This document shows positions 18,222-28,829 of a stretch of 64,000 bases of DNA, one piece after another. Under the pieces are notes generated by a model, which ran no database searches, was not told where the DNA came from, and saw only the letters and a list, made by a program, of their open reading frames with translations. The stretch's first letter is position 1. The number at the start of each line of letters is the position of its first letter. The translations under genes were made by a program, and so were the position numbers. This DNA comes from Desulfurococcales archaeon (GTDB taxonomy: Archaea > Thermoproteota > Thermoprotei_A > Sulfolobales > Desulfurococcaceae), in the NCBI GenBank assembly GCA_027022365.1, contig JALVYU010000026.1, positions 512,001 to 576,000 on the forward strand, given 5' to 3'.

Positions 18222-18506
18222 ATGATGTTTTGGCCCGTAAAGGAAGAGGTGATGCTTCTGCCAAAATACAACATCAAAATCTATGGATTATTAGTAGACA
18301 TTATAGGTTCAAACACTATATCGCTAATAATCAATAGCCCTAAAATTAGCGTAAGCAAACTCCTACATGAGCTCTACAAAAAATACCCGGAGCTGAAAAG
18401 TCTCAAGATACCATTCAACATATATATTAATGGAAAGCCTGCCGACAATATCGAATGTGGACCTAATGACGAAATAGCACTACTACCTCCCGGTTCGGGT
18501 GGATAA
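18222..18506 (+). CDS. moaD: MoaD/SAMP sulfur carrier
   Basis: Ubiquitin-like, ends PPGSGG; next to moaE. Confidence 0.85.
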   Translation: MMFWPVKEEVMLLPKYNIKIYGLLVDIIGSNTISLIINSPKISVSKLLHELYKKYPELKSLKIPFNIYINGKPADNIECGPNDEIALLPPGSGG

Positions 18507-18987
18507 TATGACAAAGCCGGACGTTATCGTTGATATCGGTAGAGAAGATCCCTCCTTAGATGAGATCATTAACGCTATGAGGATTAAAACAAGTAATAAA
18601 GGAGCCGGTGCTATTGTTGCCTTTATTGGATTCGTGAAAGGACTAGTTAACGGAAGACGTGTAGAGAAGCTTGTATACACGGCTTACGATAAGTATGTGA
18701 AAGAGATTATATATGATCTCACAGGAAAAGTTGTTGAGAAATATAGCAACGTAAGGATGGTCTATGTTTATCACAAGATAGGAGAACTATCGCCCGGCGA
18801 TACTACCATCTATATCTTAGTATCTGCAGTGGATCGCGATACGGGCTTCTTAGCTGCTCGTGAGATACTTGAAGCTATAAAGAAGAGTGCTCCTATATTT
18901 AAGCTAGAGGTTCGAGAAGATGGTGAATACTGGGTAGTGGGGGATAAAAGGATTAATCGCTCTGAGCTTCGGAGAAAGTTTTCTTGA
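18499..18987 (+). CDS. moaE: Molybdopterin synthase catalytic subunit
   Basis: GAIVAFIGFVK and APIFKLE motifs. Confidence 0.92.
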   Translation: MDNMTKPDVIVDIGREDPSLDEIINAMRIKTSNKGAGAIVAFIGFVKGLVNGRRVEKLVYTAYDKYVKEIIYDLTGKVVEKYSNVRMVYVYHKIGELSPGDTTIYILVSAVDRDTGFLAAREILEAIKKSAPIFKLEVREDGEYWVVGDKRINRSELRRKFS

Positions 18988-19414
18988 TCTTTGATATAAC
19001 CCTAATGTTCTCGATCCTAGTTATTGGGTACTGGCCTTCCTCGTCTTTCTCGTACTTCTTCACTAGATCCCATACATTTAGGAGAGCCACGCTAACCCCC
19101 GTGATAGCCTCCATCTCTACCCCTGTCTTGGCGGTCGTTTTCACCGTTACTCTACATAGGATGTGTTCCTCGTCTAGTACTTTGAACTCAACATTTACGT
19201 GAGTGATCGGTATGTTATGGCACAAAGGTATGAGCTCGGGTGTTTTCTTAACAGCATTGATAGCGGCAATCTTGGATATAGTAAATACGTCTCCTTTTTC
19301 GACCCTTCCCTCGATAATTCTCCTAACAGTTCCTCTCCTGAGCCTTATAATGCCCTCAGCAGTTGCTTCCCTATATACCTCGTTTTTCAAAGTTATATCT
19401 ACCATTGACATCAT
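18953..19414 (-). CDS. moaC: Cyclic pyranopterin monophosphate synthase
   Basis: LIPLCH and TGVEMEA motifs. Confidence 0.96.
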   Translation of the reverse strand: MMSMVDITLKNEVYREATAEGIIRLRRGTVRRIIEGRVEKGDVFTISKIAAINAVKKTPELIPLCHNIPITHVNVEFKVLDEEHILCRVTVKTTAKTGVEMEAITGVSVALLNVWDLVKKYEKDEEGQYPITRIENIRVISKIKKTFSEAQSD

Positions 19415-20342
19415 GTACCGCCTCCACGATCCTCCCAGGTTTGAAGAAAGGTTCTCTCAGACTATTTGCTTTTATAAATAATTGTTTTAACCCTTCTGCA
19501 TCGCGTGACACAATGAAAGGATACGCGTCTAATAAGTTATCGTTTCTATAGATACAGGTCTTGATCTTACCGTCAGGGCTCATCCTGATCCTAGTACAGT
19601 GCATACACATCTCCGGGTTACATATACCCTTTATCACAGTCACCTCTATCCCGCTGGGAAGGATGTATGTTGGTCTGCTTTGGAAAGCCTTCCTGTCTTT
19701 CTTTACCGATATTTTCTCAAGGTATTTTTCAATAGGATCCATTGGCGCGTGGAGCCTATTATACTCGGTAAGAGACATTCCAAGTGGTATGAGCTCGATG
19801 ATGTTTAGATTTATGCCTTTATCGCTCGCATAGTTTATTATGTCGGTATATTCATGGCTGTTCAGAGAGAGTACAACATAGTCGATCTTCAGCTTTATGC
19901 CATTGCGTAGTGCTTCGTCGATCCCCTTGAGAACAGGTTCTAGCTTCCCGTGGGTTATCTTGTGGAAGATTTCAGGGTTAAGGGAATGTAGGCTAACATT
20001 GATATGTGATACCAGGTCTGCTAGTTCTTCTGCGTATTTGGCCAATAATGACCCATTAGTAACTATTGATACTATTCCGCCGCTGTTTCTGATGTTTCGT
20101 ACAATATCTACGATATCGTTTCTTACTAGTGGTTCTCCGCCAGTTATTTTGTAGTATATTATTCCTAAAGAAGAGGCTACTGAGGCGACGAAGCCCCAGT
20201 CTTGTGCTGTGAGTTCGACCCCATCCACATTACTAGGTAAACCTTCGCGGTGACAGAAAATACATCTATGGTTACATCGAAGTGTAACACTTATCCTCAT
20301 ATGTGTGAGCGGGCGGCCGTACCTATCGATTAGCGGTATCAA
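19371..20342 (-). CDS. moaA: GTP 3',8-cyclase
   Basis: CNHRCIFC and C-terminal CxxCTRIR...C cluster. Confidence 0.95.
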   Translation of the reverse strand: MIPLIDRYGRPLTHMRISVTLRCNHRCIFCHREGLPSNVDGVELTAQDWGFVASVASSLGIIYYKITGGEPLVRNDIVDIVRNIRNSGGIVSIVTNGSLLAKYAEELADLVSHINVSLHSLNPEIFHKITHGKLEPVLKGIDEALRNGIKLKIDYVVLSLNSHEYTDIINYASDKGINLNIIELIPLGMSLTEYNRLHAPMDPIEKYLEKISVKKDRKAFQSRPTYILPSGIEVTVIKGICNPEMCMHCTRIRMSPDGKIKTCIYRNDNLLDAYPFIVSRDAEGLKQLFIKANSLREPFFKPGRIVEAVHDVNGRYNFEKRGI

Positions 20343-20349
20343 GCCGGTC

Positions 20350-22095
20350 TCAGCGCCTCACTAGTTCGATTATGCCCTCGTATGTTTTCCTGTACAGTTC
20401 TGTTGATTCGAGCATTCTCCTGTTTCTTATGTATTTCTTCGTGATGTTGTTCTTTGGGAGACCGTGTTTTTCGGCATACTCCTCGAATGAGAGACCGTAT
20501 TTTTTCTGGGCCGCGTCTCTGTAGATGTCGTCGAAAATGTTGAACGCGCAGAAGGGAACTAGCCTGCCGTCCGGCAATGCGTAGTGAATGTTGCATCTCT
20601 GAACACGCTGTATATCATAGTTGTATAGATCCATGAAATGCATCATTCCTAGGAATACCATTTTGTAGTGTAGCTCTCCTAGTGCATCATAGTTTCTCTT
20701 AATTATTATATTAAGCAGTATCTTATACAGGTCAAATCCTTCGGGTGCACGTTTCTGGTCGATGAACTTCCTTATGCTGTATAGTATCTTAAGGCCTGTT
20801 GTTAGCCTGCTTCTACCGATTACTAGGTCTTCCCATTTCTCCTGCAGATACTCGAGGAATCCTTCTACGTCGACGAAATTCGTTATAGGGATGAGTTTGA
20901 CTGAGCCATTCTTTCTCTCGACATATATGTAAGTCCCCGCTCCGCATACCGGGTGGTTTGTCATCTCGAATTTGTACTCCTTGGCGAATGCCTCAATGAA
21001 CCTAGAAAACACGGCACTAACAGGTACGGGGAACCATGCCTCTCTCGGTACTTCGCCGTCAGTCTGTTCTTCTATTAACTTTATCACATCGGGTATTGTA
21101 ATCCTGTACTTCGCCCTCTCCTGTTTCTTCATCATGCCTGTTAAGCTTACGGGCTGGAAGTTGACAGCTCTGACAATGTCCACGTGTTTTGCCGCGAACT
21201 TCACGATCGCACCTAGCTCGTGTGTGTTTATACCCTTAATCACGGTTGGAACTAGTACGGTACTGGTCATGCCTGCTCTTCTGAATACCTCGAAGATATA
21301 TGGTATCTCCCAGTGGTTCTTCCAGTTAGTGATCGGTGTTACGCCGTCGAAGCTCAGATAGACCGTATTAACACCGCTTGTCCTCAGCGCCCTTGTATAG
21401 GCTACGGCTTCGTCGGGGTTCTTCCAGAAGAGCTCTGAGAACTTTATCCCGTTAGTGTTGAGCTGTATATGGCGTACTCCTTCTTCCTTCAATACCTTTA
21501 CTATGTCGACAAGATCGTTCCGAAGAGTGGGCTCACCGCCCGTTAGCTGGACATTAACTGCTACTCCTTGTTTTTTAATGCTCCTTATCATGTTCCTAAT
21601 AGTATCTATGCTTGGCTCATATACGTATCCGGCAGCCTCGGCGTAGAAGAAGCAGTACCAGCAGCTGAGATTACACCGGTTGGTCAACACTATGTTTACG
21701 AGGGCTGAGTGCTGCTTATGCATTGGACACAAGCCGCAGTTGAAGGGGCAAGGCCTTATGGCGGGCGTGTAAACATGTCTGGAACCTCTTCCCTCAAGAT
21801 CCCATTTGATAAATCGTTTGTAGATCTCGACATCGCCGTAATAGAGCTCCTCGATCTCTCCGTGCTCCGGACAAACTCTCCTAATATAGACTCTCCCGTC
21901 TCGCTCAATAATGGTGGCCGGGACAACGCGGTAGCAGTAGGGGCACACGCTCTGGGTAAGGCTTAGCAGTTCTTCCCCGCTCCTTATCTCTGGTAGCTTA
22001 TAGGATATCTCCCCAGCATGCTTTACAAGGGGGAGCGGTGAAAGAGTCAAACACGTCACCTCATATAGGGATAGCCGGGATAAGCGTTTAATCAT
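20350..22095 (-). CDS. tes: Radical SAM protein, tetraether lipid synthase (Tes/MJ0619 family)
   Basis: TQSVCPYC...CPEHG, CPFNCGLC, CNLSCWYC and C-terminal VPFCAFN; true start may be downstream. Confidence 0.85.
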   Translation of the reverse strand: MIKRLSRLSLYEVTCLTLSPLPLVKHAGEISYKLPEIRSGEELLSLTQSVCPYCYRVVPATIIERDGRVYIRRVCPEHGEIEELYYGDVEIYKRFIKWDLEGRGSRHVYTPAIRPCPFNCGLCPMHKQHSALVNIVLTNRCNLSCWYCFFYAEAAGYVYEPSIDTIRNMIRSIKKQGVAVNVQLTGGEPTLRNDLVDIVKVLKEEGVRHIQLNTNGIKFSELFWKNPDEAVAYTRALRTSGVNTVYLSFDGVTPITNWKNHWEIPYIFEVFRRAGMTSTVLVPTVIKGINTHELGAIVKFAAKHVDIVRAVNFQPVSLTGMMKKQERAKYRITIPDVIKLIEEQTDGEVPREAWFPVPVSAVFSRFIEAFAKEYKFEMTNHPVCGAGTYIYVERKNGSVKLIPITNFVDVEGFLEYLQEKWEDLVIGRSRLTTGLKILYSIRKFIDQKRAPEGFDLYKILLNIIIKRNYDALGELHYKMVFLGMMHFMDLYNYDIQRVQRCNIHYALPDGRLVPFCAFNIFDDIYRDAAQKKYGLSFEEYAEKHGLPKNNITKKYIRNRRMLESTELYRKTYEGIIELVRR

Positions 22096-22225
22096 TCCTG
22101 CTAAAGGGATTGTATCTTAAGCATATTTAATACTTTATTCCAACATAGTTTTCATGGATCAGTTCAAAAATAATTATGTAATGACGGGATAAGCCTAGTA
22201 GTTAAGTTTTAAAGGCCAAGAAACG

Positions 22226-22633
<408 letters not shown>

Positions 22634-22650
22634 AAGCTTTCACCTCCATT

Positions 22651-22669
22651 GTAGTTAAAAATTAACTAC
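22651..22669. promoter_or_regulatory. Palindrome GTAGTTAA-aaa-TTAACTAC upstream of integrase start
   Basis: Same motif flanks both att sites. Confidence 0.55.
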
Positions 22670-23300
22670 GGCCATAATTATGGTGTACATGTGGGGACTG
22701 GCAGAATCGAAGGCATACCCCGTCGCCGCCCGGTAGTTAATATTGATGGGGAACTCGGGAGGGATACCTTCGCGGAAACTATACAGAAGCTGTACGGGCT
22801 TCCCTAGAGATTCCGGCATGAAATCCCTACGGAAACCGGAGGAAATCCTGGGTCGAGGTAAGCGCTATGAGGAGAAACTACATTACTGCGGGGGACGCCG
22901 CCCGGAACAATATTGACGCTTAGCCCTGTACCCGGGCCAGGTGGGCGGCTGGGCGGGGCAGGGCCGGGGGCGGGACAATTATACTGCTTATGCTAATTGG
23001 TTGTAGGGTCTAAGACGCGTGTTTTTAAGGCTTCCTGTCGCCCAGCTTATAAGCCTGCGTCACCTTACCGGTATTGTTGTCTTGGTCAGCATGTTTCACT
23101 ATGCCCTTCTCAGCGCCTTCTCTGTGTCAGTTCTTGGTGTGGTGTTGTTTTTCGGCGTGTTGCTCTTCATCCAGGTATAATAGCCTCCCGGGTATGCCTG
23201 GCCGGCTCGCAGTGCTCTAGCAGGAACCCCATGTACTCCGGGATAGCTAGGCCGGGCACGAGCCTTATCATCCTCGCCAGAACTCCTGGGCCATGCCTGT

Positions 23301-23690
23301 TCATCCCTTGACCGTTACCGTTATTGTCAGGTCTAGGGGCTGTATCGTTATCTCGAGCCGTGTCCCCGCCGGTACTGGGTGTGGGTGCCCGTTGCTCCGT
23401 GGCGCCATGTACTGTATGTTTATGCTTAGGGCGGCGCCGCTCTCTATCGTTGTCCTGTTCGCCCGGAGCCCCGCTGTCTCCACGGTGTAGTTGCCCGGGG
23501 GGACGCCGTAGACGTTGATAGTGAGGCTCACGCTGAGCCGTGAGACTAGGCCGAACACTACCAGGGTGTTGTTGCCGAGCCTGAAGGTCTCGTTCACCCT
23601 GTAGTAGGTGATGTTCACCACCGTGCCGTTCGGGAGCTGCACCGGCATGGTGAAGGCTGGCACGAGCACCGGCTCCAGGAGAAGAAAGAC
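23301..23690 (-). pseudogene. 5'-truncated surface glycoprotein gene (Ig-like C-terminal fragment)
   Basis: Six N-x-T sequons, beta-rich, no signal peptide or RBS. Confidence 0.55.
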
Positions 23691-24344
23691 TACCTAGAAT
23701 TCGGGCAATGGCTCTGGAGGAAAGTAGCGGAAAAACTAGGGATTGAGCCACCACCCTGGGCGACCACGGAAATAGAGCTCGATGAAGAAAACCCGGACGA
23801 TATAATACGTGAAGCGTTCTGGGACGTGTTACACGATGTAATTGCTGAGTATGCTAGGCTCTACAAATGCAAAGACATAGTATTGGGATGCCTGGCAAGG
23901 CTCGGGCAGAAGGGACTGTTGCCAAACACGATAATCGAGTGGTCCCCTGCCCGTGTGATTGTCAAAGGCCCTATACTGAAAGAGATTGAGCGGAGGCTAA
24001 ACGTAACGGTGTTTGGCGGCCTCAGAGGCCTCGCCGAAAAACTCGGACTGGAGTTCAAAAACAGCGTCAAGATAAACGGGAAGGTGACGAAGGGAATAAT
24101 CATACCAATTAACGAGCTCATCAAAAAGTTAGGTTCGGAGGACGATGTTGTTAGCTACATCGCCGAAACACTGCTGGCAAAGTATATTTTTGAGGGCTGG
24201 GGCAGGAGCGACGCACCTGTAATCCCGAAAGTTGTTGAGGAGGCTAGGAGGCTCGGAATAGAGATAGACTACAATACTGCGGACAAGGTCGCGAGAAAGC
24301 TATATGAGCTCAGCAAAGAGTACGCCGAGGAGGCACTCGCCTAG
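23679..24344 (+). pseudogene. 5'-truncated gene, possible C-terminus of plasmid/virus Rep (primase-helicase) protein
   Basis: Frame stays open upstream of GTG 23826 (EKKDYLEFGQWLWRKV...) without a start; followed by iteron cluster. Confidence 0.5.
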
Positions 24345-24444
24345 ACCCGGCCAGCCTCCCCACTTCCTTTTATTTTTATTATTAGGAGGTATATCCGGGT
24401 GACTCCAACAACTAGTTCTATAGTCAGTTCTACACTAGAGCCGG

Positions 24445-24627
24445 GGTAGCCACAGGTAGCCAGAGGTAGCCCCAGTAGAAACCCCCTTCCAGAGCCGCAG
24501 ACAGACCCCAGAAAACCCCGGCTACCAGGGCTACTCGGGGCTACCCAGGGCTACCAGAGCCTACCTTAGCCTACCCTAACACCTTCCTCTTCCTCCCGTG
24601 AGAACGTGTCCAGACGGTTGTCTGGAC
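24445..24627. repeat. Iteron-like inverted array (putative origin) plus hairpin
   Basis: 3x GGTAGCC then 6x GGCTACC/GCCTACC-like at about 10-bp spacing; GTCCAGAC-ggtt-GTCTGGAC hairpin. Confidence 0.7.
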
Positions 24628-25025
24628 GGGTGGTTCCGCCAGCCGCTACATATCTTAATAATTTATGTTAAATACGAGGACGGGGGAAGGCTATAAACCA
24701 AGTCACAAGTAAACCCTGTCCCTTACCTCCCGTTAATTATATATCTACTGTATAAGGGGAGTAGCGGGCGGGGGACTGCGGACGAGCCTCGGTTTCCCGT
24801 GTACATATCATATTCTAATATGTGTGTGCCGCGTACCCGCGTCTACGAATCAACCTATAGTCCCTGGTGTAGGTTACTTTTCTCCGGTCTCCCGCAGTTT
24901 TATCGGGGTTTCTCCTCCCTGCTATCATCAGTTCTCCTATTCTGCACCATTAGTTTTCCGCTGTTATATGCGTGTTCATCGTTTATAGTTGGGTAGAGCC
25001 ATATCTTATATTAGGTGATAGTTCA

Positions 25026-25517
25026 TTGGGCGAGGTCGTTGTTCTCCGTGGCCGTCTTGCCCGGCGTGTCCGGGAGGAGGCCGAGAAGCTCGGCTTCAGT
25101 GTCGACGAGTACCTTGTTGAGGTTCTGAGCCAGGGCCTCGACCCCCGGGATAGGGCCTTGGAGTATATCGAGGCCGCAGAGGATTTGCTGGGGGAGGCTC
25201 GTGAGGAGCTAGAGAGGGGTAATGTTTGTCAGGCCGCCGAGAAGCTCTGGGGTGCCGCCGCCCTCGCGATTAAAGCATACGCGTTTTGGAGGGAGGGAAA
25301 GCGGTTAACAAGTCATGGTGAGTTATGGGAGTATAAGAGGAGGTTGGGGGAAGAGCTTGGGGAATGGGTTCACGACTCATGGGCCAGTGCAACCGAGATG
25401 CATGTCTGCTTCTACGAGGGCTGGTGCAGTGGGAAGGACGTTGAGAACGCTTATAAGAGGATAGAGAAGCTGGTAAGGGAGGTAGCCACTTTAGTAAAAA
25501 AGAGGAAATCAGACTAG
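25026..25517 (+). CDS. PaREP1 family (HEPN-like) protein
   Basis: QAAEKLWGAAALAIKA, SHGEL and MHVCFYEG; TTG start after GGTGA. Confidence 0.88.
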   Translation: MGEVVVLRGRLARRVREEAEKLGFSVDEYLVEVLSQGLDPRDRALEYIEAAEDLLGEAREELERGNVCQAAEKLWGAAALAIKAYAFWREGKRLTSHGELWEYKRRLGEELGEWVHDSWASATEMHVCFYEGWCSGKDVENAYKRIEKLVREVATLVKKRKSD

Positions 25518-26415
25518 ACCATTTCCCTTTAACCAATTAATGTAGATGCCGAATAGCTTGTCAGCCCATTTCCTGGTGTTCAGGTAGTTGGCCCCAGTTA
25601 CCGTTAGTCCTCTACTCATAACTAGTGATACAGCGTCGAGTGGAATATTGTTCTGCTGGGCCAGCTCCGTCAATACCTGGTTAGCGAACTTCCTGTACAA
25701 GCCAGCTTTTATACCTAGGTTGTTCAGCTTGTCCTTAAGCTGTCTGTAGCTCATCGCAGGTATCCTCAGCCTCCCCACTGCCGGGAAGTAGATGTAGTCG
25801 GTGCGCTTGCTACCCTCCATTATGCCTAGGTAGTACCTGCACCAACCCCTACCGCAGTATAGTCTCTGCTCAAACTTGCCAGTAGGGTGCTCCACAACTT
25901 GAGTGGGGTTCCAACTGGCCGCCATCCTAAGAACGTGTTTTAGCCTCGCGCCCCCGAGAAGTAGGGTGTGCAGTGCTCCTAGGCCCTCCGCCTCCAATAC
26001 CTCCTTATACTTTAGTATCAGCGGTACTGGCACCGCTTCTACCGTCCTATGTTTATTGCTACTAGGCGTCTTGAGGAATAGTAGGTAGCTCTGGTACTGC
26101 TCCCACCTCAGCCCGCCTATACTGAATAAATAATGTATGTACTGGCGCCAAGCCTTCACGTGCTTGCCCTTCTCCGGTGGCCACCCGCCCCGCTCAACAA
26201 CACCTGCATAGTACTCTGCCGTGTCCTCCAAGACCCTGCCCCGGAGCCAGGCCCTGAAGCCCTCCAGCAAACGGTTATCCACAACTGGTCTCGGGGGCAC
26301 CGGCAAGCGTGTAGTTAACTTCCATGAGTTTCCGGGTCCTTTAGTTCCGCTTGTCTGTGTTGGGACGCCGCCCTGACGAGGCGGAGGTCCGGGGTTCAAA
26401 TCCCCGCGGGCCCAC
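25509..26415 (-). CDS. int: SSV1-type integrase C-terminal fragment int(C)
   Basis: GARLKH, YRKF, MSRGL and NY catalytic motifs; in frame with int(N) across att. Confidence 0.88.
26363..26415 (+). repeat. attR: 3' portion of tRNA-Val(GAC)
   Basis: Identical to 22270-22322. Confidence 0.93.
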
Positions 26416-26488
26416 TATTCTACAGGGGGTGATAGGTCTTCTCTGCTTTAACCATAACTTGTCATTATCCTATATTCTGGGGGAACGC

Positions 26489-27103
26489 ATGGTATACCCG
26501 GGATTATTTGTAGCATATTATATCCAGTTATTAGCGATCATGAACCCGTTCTCGGCATTGCCTACGTTTCTATCGCTTACCGAGGGTATGGAGCTTATTG
26601 AGCGTAGAAGAATAGTATCTAGAGCGTTTATTACTGCCGTGATACTAATTGGAGTGTTTACCTTTCTCGGTAACTATATCTTGAGAGCATTCAGCATCTC
26701 TGTGCCCGGTCTAAGGATAGGTGGCGGGATACTTTTGATGACCATAGCACTTGACATGCTTGGAGGTATGCCGAAGACCAAGAGGATTGATCCGGAGGAT
26801 GTAGCTGTAGTCCCCTTAGCCACACCTATGATTGTTGGTCCCGGCACGATCACGACTATAATCCTTCTGACATCGAGGGATCAAAGTATTCTCAATACTA
26901 TATTAATACTTGTTGCCGGCGTCGTTGCCGTTATTACTACTTTTGCGCTTCTAAGATACTCAGAGAAAATAGTGGCTATGACTAGGCCGAGCGTAATGAA
27001 GGCCATAGGGCGCTTCATGTCATTGATTATAGCGAGTATCGCTGTCGAGATGATCATGCTTGGGATAAAAGCGTATATTGAGAGCTGGGGATTAATAAGC
27101 TGA
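26489..27103 (+). CDS. marC: MarC family membrane protein
   Basis: IMNPFSALPTF and VPLATPMIVGPG; start re-chosen at ATG 26489. Confidence 0.9.
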   Translation: MVYPGLFVAYYIQLLAIMNPFSALPTFLSLTEGMELIERRRIVSRAFITAVILIGVFTFLGNYILRAFSISVPGLRIGGGILLMTIALDMLGGMPKTKRIDPEDVAVVPLATPMIVGPGTITTIILLTSRDQSILNTILILVAGVVAVITTFALLRYSEKIVAMTRPSVMKAIGRFMSLIIASIAVEMIMLGIKAYIESWGLIS

Positions 27104-27134
27104 GAATAATCCGCGCCATAATAAAGGAGGACGA

Positions 27135-27207
27135 AGCCGCCGCCGGGATTCGAACCCGGGACCTTCGCCTTACCAGGGCGACGCTCTACCGGCTGAGCTA
27201 CGGCGGC
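27135..27207 (-). tRNA. tRNA-Thr(GGU)
   Basis: Full cloverleaf, CT-GGT-AA loop. Confidence 0.95.
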
Positions 27208-27268
27208 TTACCCTAGTTCTGAAATAGGTTTGGGTAGGCAATTATAACTTTTATCACCGGAAACAACG

Positions 27269-27586
27269 TCATAGCTCGAATTCTTGGACACGGTGCTTCT
27301 TGAGAATTTTATAGACAGCGTTTATGAGTTCTTTAAGCTTCGGAGTAGTGACCGCTACTATCAAGTCTTCAAGCTCATCTGGCTCTTCGATAATTATTCC
27401 TCTGAAAGCATCCTCTCTCCTGATCATAATGGCTAGATGTGCTGGCCTAGCTGTGGTCTTAGTTTTTCTCTCTGGGAGTTTTACCAGTTCCACCACTATG
27501 TGTCCTGATTTTAGAACCGGTTTTCTCTCCCAGTCCTTCATCGAGTTCATCAAGTCTTCCAGTTTCCTGACTAGATCTTCGCTCAT
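27269..27586 (-). CDS. Hypothetical protein
   Basis: 105-aa ORF with GGAG RBS. Confidence 0.75.
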   Translation of the reverse strand: MSEDLVRKLEDLMNSMKDWERKPVLKSGHIVVELVKLPERKTKTTARPAHLAIMIRREDAFRGIIIEEPDELEDLIVAVTTPKLKELINAVYKILKKHRVQEFEL

Positions 27587-27751
27587 GGCTCTCCGCCCAG
27601 AAATTACGCGCTATGTAATCAATCGTGATCGGGAAATATAATTATCTCCCAATAAGACTACATCAATTTATGAGGGGGTTCGGGGGCCCGGGCAACTGGG
27701 CCGTCGAGCCCTGGATGAACCCGTGGACGAGTTGCACGGCCACATACCCGG

Positions 27752-28762
27752 TCATTTATCTTTAATAGTTTTCCACAAATAGTTCTTGATCATCATGATC
27801 TCGCCGGCCGACAAGCGTCTAGGATCTTTCCCGACTCTTCTGCTATACTCTAAAATAGAGTTCTCTAGATCATACTCTGTAGCTATACCGTTTTCTCTTA
27901 GCCTGCGCCACGCCTCAATGAAGCTCCCCGTGTTTCGAACGAGTCGTGCTGGCCTAGATATGTTTAAGGCTGGTTCGGGGGCGAGGATGAACGCTATCGT
28001 GTTCACTGGTGACACGCTGATCTCTCTTGTTCCGCCCCTTATACTTTTCACGCCGTAGAAGCCCTTAAGCGCTAGTAGTCCTACCCTACTGGCCTCACTA
28101 TGAGTGTTCTCTAGGAGTTTCTCATAGAACTTCACATATTCTCTCCCAACACCTATACTGCCTAGATAACCGCCCATACCCGCGATTAGACTTATTCTTT
28201 CCAGTACAAGTTCTTGTGGGAGCTCACCATCAGCGCCTGGAGAATACACCATGAGCGCACTGCTCCCTATATCGTGGATGGCCGCTAACCCCATGGCATC
28301 GGCAAGGGGGCTCCATAACTCATCCTCATCGCCCATGGCTAGGACGTCTCCCCCGACATCAATACCCACTACGTAATCGGCGCCAGTATAGAGTAAAATG
28401 TCTTTCAGAGCCTCAACATACCCTTTAACTCCTCCCCATATATCTATGAGATAAACATCTTCTTTCAAGGTCTCAGCGACTCTGGCTGCTTCGAACACTA
28501 CTTTGTTACCATTTCTGATCGCGTAGGAATATCCATTTATTACCGCGGCATACTTGCCGATCATCTTCTTGCCATGGATAGCCTCGAGAGGAATAGGGCC
28601 GGGAACAGGGTCATGCACGAATCTTTCCCATATTATGCTGGCCACGTAGGTCTTAATCCCTAGATCCCTGAAGATCTTCGCGAAGAGCGCTGCTGATACA
28701 ACATCTCCACCGCCTCCAATACCTACGAATAAGATCTTCTTATAACCAAGTATTTCCCGCAA
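27752..28762 (-). CDS. DUF1152 family protein
   Basis: GGGGDV, DVGGDVL and SPLAD motifs. Confidence 0.88.
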   Translation of the reverse strand: MREILGYKKILFVGIGGGGDVVSAALFAKIFRDLGIKTYVASIIWERFVHDPVPGPIPLEAIHGKKMIGKYAAVINGYSYAIRNGNKVVFEAARVAETLKEDVYLIDIWGGVKGYVEALKDILLYTGADYVVGIDVGGDVLAMGDEDELWSPLADAMGLAAIHDIGSSALMVYSPGADGELPQELVLERISLIAGMGGYLGSIGVGREYVKFYEKLLENTHSEASRVGLLALKGFYGVKSIRGGTREISVSPVNTIAFILAPEPALNISRPARLVRNTGSFIEAWRRLRENGIATEYDLENSILEYSRRVGKDPRRLSAGEIMMIKNYLWKTIKDK

Positions 28763-28829
28763 TGCCCTGCACCAGATAATGATTTAACCACTAATACCAT
28801 CTATGTTCCCGAGATGAGGGTCTATAACT

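Noticed and set aside
23167-23754. 195-aa minus-strand ORF and overlapping plus-strand ORFs
   Set aside because: Shadow frames of GC-rich sequence spanning the deletion junction, with unnatural composition
24445-24575. CRISPR array
   Set aside because: Repeats are 7 bp with 3-bp spacers and inverted; no cas genes in the window
26351-26488. N-terminal extension of MarC through attR
   Set aside because: Chance open frame over tRNA-derived sequence; the MarC domain starts at ATG 26489
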